Origin: a bacterium
GTDB lineage: Bacteria > UBA8248
Length of the DNA: 64,000 nucleotides
Assembly: GCA_963692865.2 (NCBI GenBank)
Contig: OY843592.1
Coordinates: 1,120,001 to 1,184,000, forward strand
Reading direction: 5' to 3'
Position numbers and translations under genes: made by a program. Position 1 is the stretch's first letter, and each line of letters starts with the position of its first letter. A model generated the notes under the pieces. The model did not search any database. It was not told where the DNA came from and was given only the letters and a program-made list of their open reading frames with translations. This document shows, piece after piece, positions 60,601-64,000 of the stretch.

Positions 60601-63159
60601 CAGGACGGCAGCGCGATCGAATACCCGATCATCTTCGGCGCGGGGATCTACGGGGACCCGGGCGGCGTGTCCGAGGACGCCTGCCCGCGTCCGCCGGGCG
60701 TCGCCGTGAACCCGCTGGAGACCCCAAGCGTTACGGCCGCGCAGGCGGCGGGCGGCGGAGACCTGGGCGCGTTCGCGCGGGCGGCGCGGGACTACTTCAA
60801 CACCATCGTGACGCCGGAGGAGTTGGGCTACGCCGGGTGCATCACCCGGAACGAGGGCCCCTGGAAGGCCGGCGACACCTACCTTTCCGCCGTGACGCTC
60901 AACGGCAGGGTGCTCTTCAACGCGAAGGACATGTCGACGGGGGGCCGACCGCTCAAGCCCGAGGTTCATGCGGCCATCCTTTCGGCGGCGCTGGGGGTCC
61001 CTCTTGACCCGGCCAACCCGGCCGCCTTCCAGAGCGCCGTGGCCGCCGCCCTGGGCCAAGTGGCCGCAACGGCCGCCACGGGGAAAGCCGTTTTCCCGAA
61101 GCCCGGCGGCGGCCCCGTGCCGCTGCTCGGCGGCTACGCCGTGGGGTACGGCGCCAACATTCCCTACATTTTCCTGGCCGGCCTGGACCTCAAGGAATCC
61201 CACTTCGGGGAGGAAACCCTGCCGCCTGCGGACCCGGAGGTCAGCGCCGACGAGGTGGTGGACCGCCGGACGCTCAAGAAATTCGTGAACGGGGCGACGG
61301 ACTACTTCCTCGGAATCATGCGGTCGAAGCCCACCGAAGCCCTCGGCATCGCGAGGAGCGTCATGAGGCGGCCGCCCTGGAAGCACGGCTCCGTCTACCT
61401 GTTCGTGATGGACCCGAACGGCTACACGCACCTTCACGGCGGGTTCCCGGACAGGTTCGAGTTCCAGACCCCGACGGCCACCCTCAGGGACCAGGTCACC
61501 GGCGATCTCATCCTGCCGCAGATCATCGAGGCGGCGCAGAGGCCCGGCGGCGGCTTCGTGCAGTATTATTTCGACAACCCCGCCGACGACAGCGACAGCG
61601 CCGACGTGCCGAAGGTGACCTATGCGCACCTGATCACCGTGACGGTCAACGTCCCCGGCTTCGGACCGATAACCAGTTCGTCCATCATCGGCGCGGGCAT
61701 CTACGGGGATCCGCTCTCGAAGGAGAGCCTTGCGGCGGCGCGCGGCTGGCTGGCGCGCTTCGGCCGGGCGGCGGCGAGCCAGGCGGTGGAGATGATCGCC
61801 GGCCGCATGAACGCCCCCGCCCCGAGCGGGGCGAAGATGACGCTCGGCGGGCGGACGGTGAACCTCGATGAGGGCTCGGCCCGCTTCATGGCGGAGAACG
61901 ACCCGGAGGTCATGGACCGGGATGGTCTCGAGCGCTGGGTCGCGTCGAGGAGGCTCGCGATGGGGCGCGACGCCCCGGAGACCTACCGCGAGACGACGGT
62001 GAGCGAACTCCTCTCGGGCGGTTCGTTCCACCTGGCCTCGGCGAAGGACGCCGGGGAGGCGGCCGGCCGCTGGTCGATCTGGGGCCGCGGGTCGCGGACG
62101 AGCTTCGAGGGCGGAGAGGCCGCTACCCAAGGCGACGTGACGACGGCCATGCTGGGGATGGACTACGAGAAGGACAGCGTCCTCATGGGCCTCGCGCTCT
62201 CGCGCGCCACGGGCGAGGGCGGCTTCGAGAACGGGGGCAGCGGCGAGATGGAGGCGACGCTCACGAGCGTGCACCCCTACCTGCGCTACCGGGCGAACGA
62301 GCGGCTCTCGATGTGGGGCATCCTGGGAATGGGCCAGGGAGAGATGACGCTGGAAGTGGAGGAGAAAGACGTCGACAAGAAGGTCGAAGCCGAGACCGAC
62401 ATCGAGATGCGCATGGCGGCGTTCGGGCTTCGGGGAGAATTAACGAAGACGGGCGGGTTCGACCTGGCGGTGAAGTCCGACGTCCTGGTGGCGCAGACGG
62501 ACGCGGACGCGGCCGACGGGGTCGAGGCGATATCGGCGGAGACGACGCGGCTCCGGGTGATGCTCGAAGCCTCGCGCGAGGTGGCGATGAAGAACGGCGG
62601 CGCGTTCACGCCTTCGGTGGAGGCGGGCCTTCGCCATGACGGAGGCGACGCGGACGAGGGGGTCGGCGTGGAGGTGGGCGGCGGCCTGCGCTTCACGAAC
62701 CCGGCCTCGGGCCTCACGCTGGAGCTCAAGGCGCGCGGGCTCCTCGCGCATGAAGAGGAAGACGTGACCGACTGGGGCGTGGGCGGCATGATCCGCTTCG
62801 CTCCGGGGAAGGCGGGCCGTGGGCTTGCGCTCACCGTGCGGCCCTCGGTGGGCGAGACGGCGGGCGGCGCCGAGCGGCTGTGGGGCATCGAGGACGCCTC
62901 GCGCCTGGCGAAAGGGGAAGTCGGGGACCTCGACCCCCGCGTGCGCGCGGAGGTGGGCTACGGGCTGGACGCCTGGGGCGGCCTGCTGACGCCCTACGCG
63001 GGCCTTTCGGTGTCCGAGGACGGCGGCGGCGCCTACCGCCTGGGCGGTCGTTTCAGGATGGGCGAACGCCTCAGCATGAGCGTCGAGGGCGACGTGCGCG
63101 AGCGCGAGAACGACGACCCCGTCCACGGCGTGGCGCTGCGCGGCTCCCTGCGATGGTAG
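57616..63159 (+). CDS. Autotransporter with a passenger of four tandem double-Cache units
   Basis: RBS AGGAGG and signal peptide. Four ~320-340-aa repeats begin CPRP at 57706, 58669, 59680 and 60682. Linker helix WLARFGR, then a beta-barrel (WSIWGRG, GMDY, HPY, EAGLRHDGGD, EVGYG) ending in W. Confidence 0.85.
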   Translation: MRFPRRMVLTALILSLAGVLSGALAAFAQDCPRPSGVAPNSLETPDVTAAQAAANPTAANLKAFALAGKDLIASSRTFPANSYVLCLFKNHSNWNSGSIYVTGLTPDGRLLFHPNNANLGGRRLNPALWGQIAGAAGLTPRGFSNPDGGALPGGGHAVGYIDGLSNFPHIVVAGLDIQESSLVKEVLDPGAIPAVTARDVVDRATLEAFVNGARTFMGNFFRDRGNTFSKLRSVFRTEHWRHGEIYLFLMDESGYTFFHGGDPGRYELATPTDTLRDVVTGKLILPQIIEAAKKPGGGFVQYYFDNPDDDTDSADVPKVTFARSLRNEVTGNSFIIGAGIYRDPGAVSEAVCPRPAGVAVNTLETPDVTAAQAAANPTAANLKAFALAGKRYLASVRPGPELVYSGCLLRNEGPWKAGSNYVVTMTTDGRVLLHSGNMALSGKPLKAAVWRAIAAATGAAALGTTGAFGKPDGGALPAEVGGGYAVGFKRTQGGATFILVAGLDIGKSDLAPETVDPGNPPIRADQVVDRATLKTFVKGAKDYVLQLYRTEGRSAFSKAKSVLRDPKGPWRSGPVYLFIMEPTGYTIFHGAFPDKYELQTPTATLRDQVTGDLILPQIINAAKKPDGGFVKYYFDNPDDDTDSATVPKVTYAVRHVIRATRADGSTFEYPLIFGAGIYGDPDTVSEDACPRPPGVAKNPLETPSVTAAQAAESAENLKAFALAGKRYLASVRVGPELTYSRCLFRHEGPWKTGATYAATISLDGRVIFHSGNMALSGRPLKPAVRGAIAAATGAAALGTTGAFGKPDGGALPGGGYAVGFKRTVGGGTGILVAGLDIRESQHLAPETVDPGDPPIRADQVVDRATLKTFVNGAKDYVLQLYRTEGHSAFTKAKSVLRDPNGPWRHGPVYLFIMEPTGYTLFHGAFPDKYELQAPTNTLRDAVTGKLILPQIIQAATANPDGGFVKYYFDNPDDDTDNATVPKVTYAVRHVIRGQRQDGSAIEYPIIFGAGIYGDPGGVSEDACPRPPGVAVNPLETPSVTAAQAAGGGDLGAFARAARDYFNTIVTPEELGYAGCITRNEGPWKAGDTYLSAVTLNGRVLFNAKDMSTGGRPLKPEVHAAILSAALGVPLDPANPAAFQSAVAAALGQVAATAATGKAVFPKPGGGPVPLLGGYAVGYGANIPYIFLAGLDLKESHFGEETLPPADPEVSADEVVDRRTLKKFVNGATDYFLGIMRSKPTEALGIARSVMRRPPWKHGSVYLFVMDPNGYTHLHGGFPDRFEFQTPTATLRDQVTGDLILPQIIEAAQRPGGGFVQYYFDNPADDSDSADVPKVTYAHLITVTVNVPGFGPITSSSIIGAGIYGDPLSKESLAAARGWLARFGRAAASQAVEMIAGRMNAPAPSGAKMTLGGRTVNLDEGSARFMAENDPEVMDRDGLERWVASRRLAMGRDAPETYRETTVSELLSGGSFHLASAKDAGEAAGRWSIWGRGSRTSFEGGEAATQGDVTTAMLGMDYEKDSVLMGLALSRATGEGGFENGGSGEMEATLTSVHPYLRYRANERLSMWGILGMGQGEMTLEVEEKDVDKKVEAETDIEMRMAAFGLRGELTKTGGFDLAVKSDVLVAQTDADAADGVEAISAETTRLRVMLEASREVAMKNGGAFTPSVEAGLRHDGGDADEGVGVEVGGGLRFTNPASGLTLELKARGLLAHEEEDVTDWGVGGMIRFAPGKAGRGLALTVRPSVGETAGGAERLWGIEDASRLAKGEVGDLDPRVRAEVGYGLDAWGGLLTPYAGLSVSEDGGGAYRLGGRFRMGERLSMSVEGDVRERENDDPVHGVALRGSLRW

Positions 63160-63200
63160 GGGGGAAGGGAAACCTCCCGTAGAGGCCAGGGGGTCCCACC

Positions 63201-63465
63201 GTAGGGGCCGCATATCATGCGGCCCATCGCGGGAAGGGCGAGAAAAGCCTCCTGACAGGGTAAAGGCAACCCCCCTACCCCCCTTGTCAGGGGTCAATTT
63301 CGAACGATGAGCGAGAAATTGCGAACCGACGTGTTTCTCATCAATGGCTTATGCAAACGCTCGTTCCTCACTCGCGTTTGACCCCTGACAAGGGGGGGGT
63401 TGGATTTCTCTCTTTGTCAAGGGGTAACAGCGATGCCCTTCGACGAGGACTTTTTCAACACCCCC
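63201..63465. repeat. REP-like palindromes and a solo TIR end
   Basis: GTAGGGGCCGCATATCATGCGGCCC; the pair CCCCCTTGTCAGGGGTCA...TGACCCCTGACAAGGGGG; ACTTTTTCAACACCCCC. Confidence 0.7.
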
Positions 63466-63509
63466 TCCCCGGTCGGGATTGATCCTCCACCGCTCTGACA
63501 AGGCCCCTC

Positions 63510-63998
63510 CTATGCGGGAGGCATCACGAGGGCGGCGCGTCCGGTGACGCGTCCCTCTCTCAAGCGCTCGTGCACGAGGTTGGCTTCTTCCAGCGGGTAG
63601 GTCTCGCTCACCAGCGGCCACACGTCGCCGCGCGCCGCGAGTTCGAGCGAGTCGACGACCTCCTGCCGGGTGGCGTAGCGGCTGCCCATGATCTGCTGTT
63701 CCTCGCGGAGGAGTTCACGCGGAGAGAAGGGGAAACGCTCTATCCGGTTCGCTCCCATGGCGAGGAAGCGCCCCCCCTTGCCGAGGCCGCGCAGGCCGCC
63801 CTCCACCCCTTCGGCGGTGCAGACGAAATCGACGACGACGTCGGCGCCCGCGCCCCCGGTCAGGTCTCTGAGCGCCTCTTCGAGATTCTCCTGCGAGGCG
63901 TCCACCGTGTCGTGCGCGCCCACGTCGCGGCATTTGCCCAGCTTGTCCGCCGCGATGTCCACGGCGATGACGCGCGCGCCCGCCCAGCGGGCCATCAT
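63510..63998 (-). CDS. Zinc-binding/MDR alcohol dehydrogenase, C-terminal part (runs off the window)
   Basis: GARVIAVD, LTGGAGADVVVD, GGR, GSRY, YPLEEAN, VTGRAAL. Confidence 0.8.
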   Translation of the reverse strand: MMARWAGARVIAVDIAADKLGKCRDVGAHDTVDASQENLEEALRDLTGGAGADVVVDFVCTAEGVEGGLRGLGKGGRFLAMGANRIERFPFSPRELLREEQQIMGSRYATRQEVVDSLELAARGDVWPLVSETYPLEEANLVHERLREGRVTGRAALVMPPA

Positions 63999-64000
63999 CA

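Noticed and set aside
57706-61710. Repeats as a DGR template/variable region or an assembly artefact
   Set aside because: No reverse transcriptase, no obvious adenine-specific mismatch pattern, and the copies are in-frame and individually diverged, consistent with domain duplication.

Overview
GC-rich bacterial window with about 44 CDS and no rRNA, tRNA, CRISPR array or transposase that I can support. Layout: (1) 0.5-10.3 kb, a xanthine-oxidase-family molybdoenzyme large subunit and two paralogous MMPL/RND transporters flanking a DUF2236/MpaB-Lcp-like oxygenase. (2) 10.3-36.7 kb, a LIV-type ABC importer and a long catabolic block: deaminase, DUF1116/AllG-like protein, ThDP decarboxylase, three ACAD-fold flavoproteins, CoA ligase, M24 peptidase, NCS2 permease, two SDRs, LeuA-like synthase, LLM monooxygenase, alpha/beta hydrolase, Kelch lipoprotein and 3-hydroxyacyl-CoA dehydrogenase. 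(3) 37-43.3 kb, a defence-like islet: HigBA between 32-bp direct repeats, a helicase-IV/nuclease fused to a ZorA/MotA-like membrane segment, and an orphan DNA methyltransferase. (4) 43.5-45.1 kb, a two-gene RiPP-like unit: an NHLP-leader precursor with an 18-aa single-Trp core and a putative ABBA-fold prenyltransferase. (5) 45.5-55.5 kb, a second NCS2 permease carrying an RsbW-like pseudo-kinase tail and a partner-switching signalling cluster. (6) 56-64 kb, a PLP decarboxylase, a ~1850-aa autotransporter whose passenger is four tandem double-Cache units, and a partial alcohol dehydrogenase. Several intergenic regions are mosaics of REP-like palindromes nested inside short cassettes bounded by terminal inverted repeats (TIRs), with 5-bp target-site duplications (TSDs). 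Strongest candidates for new biology: the NHLP/prenyltransferase pair, the Cache-array autotransporter, the NCS2-antisigma fusions, the ZorA-helicase fusion and the REP-carrying MITEs. All family assignments come from motifs recognised by eye; no searches were run.
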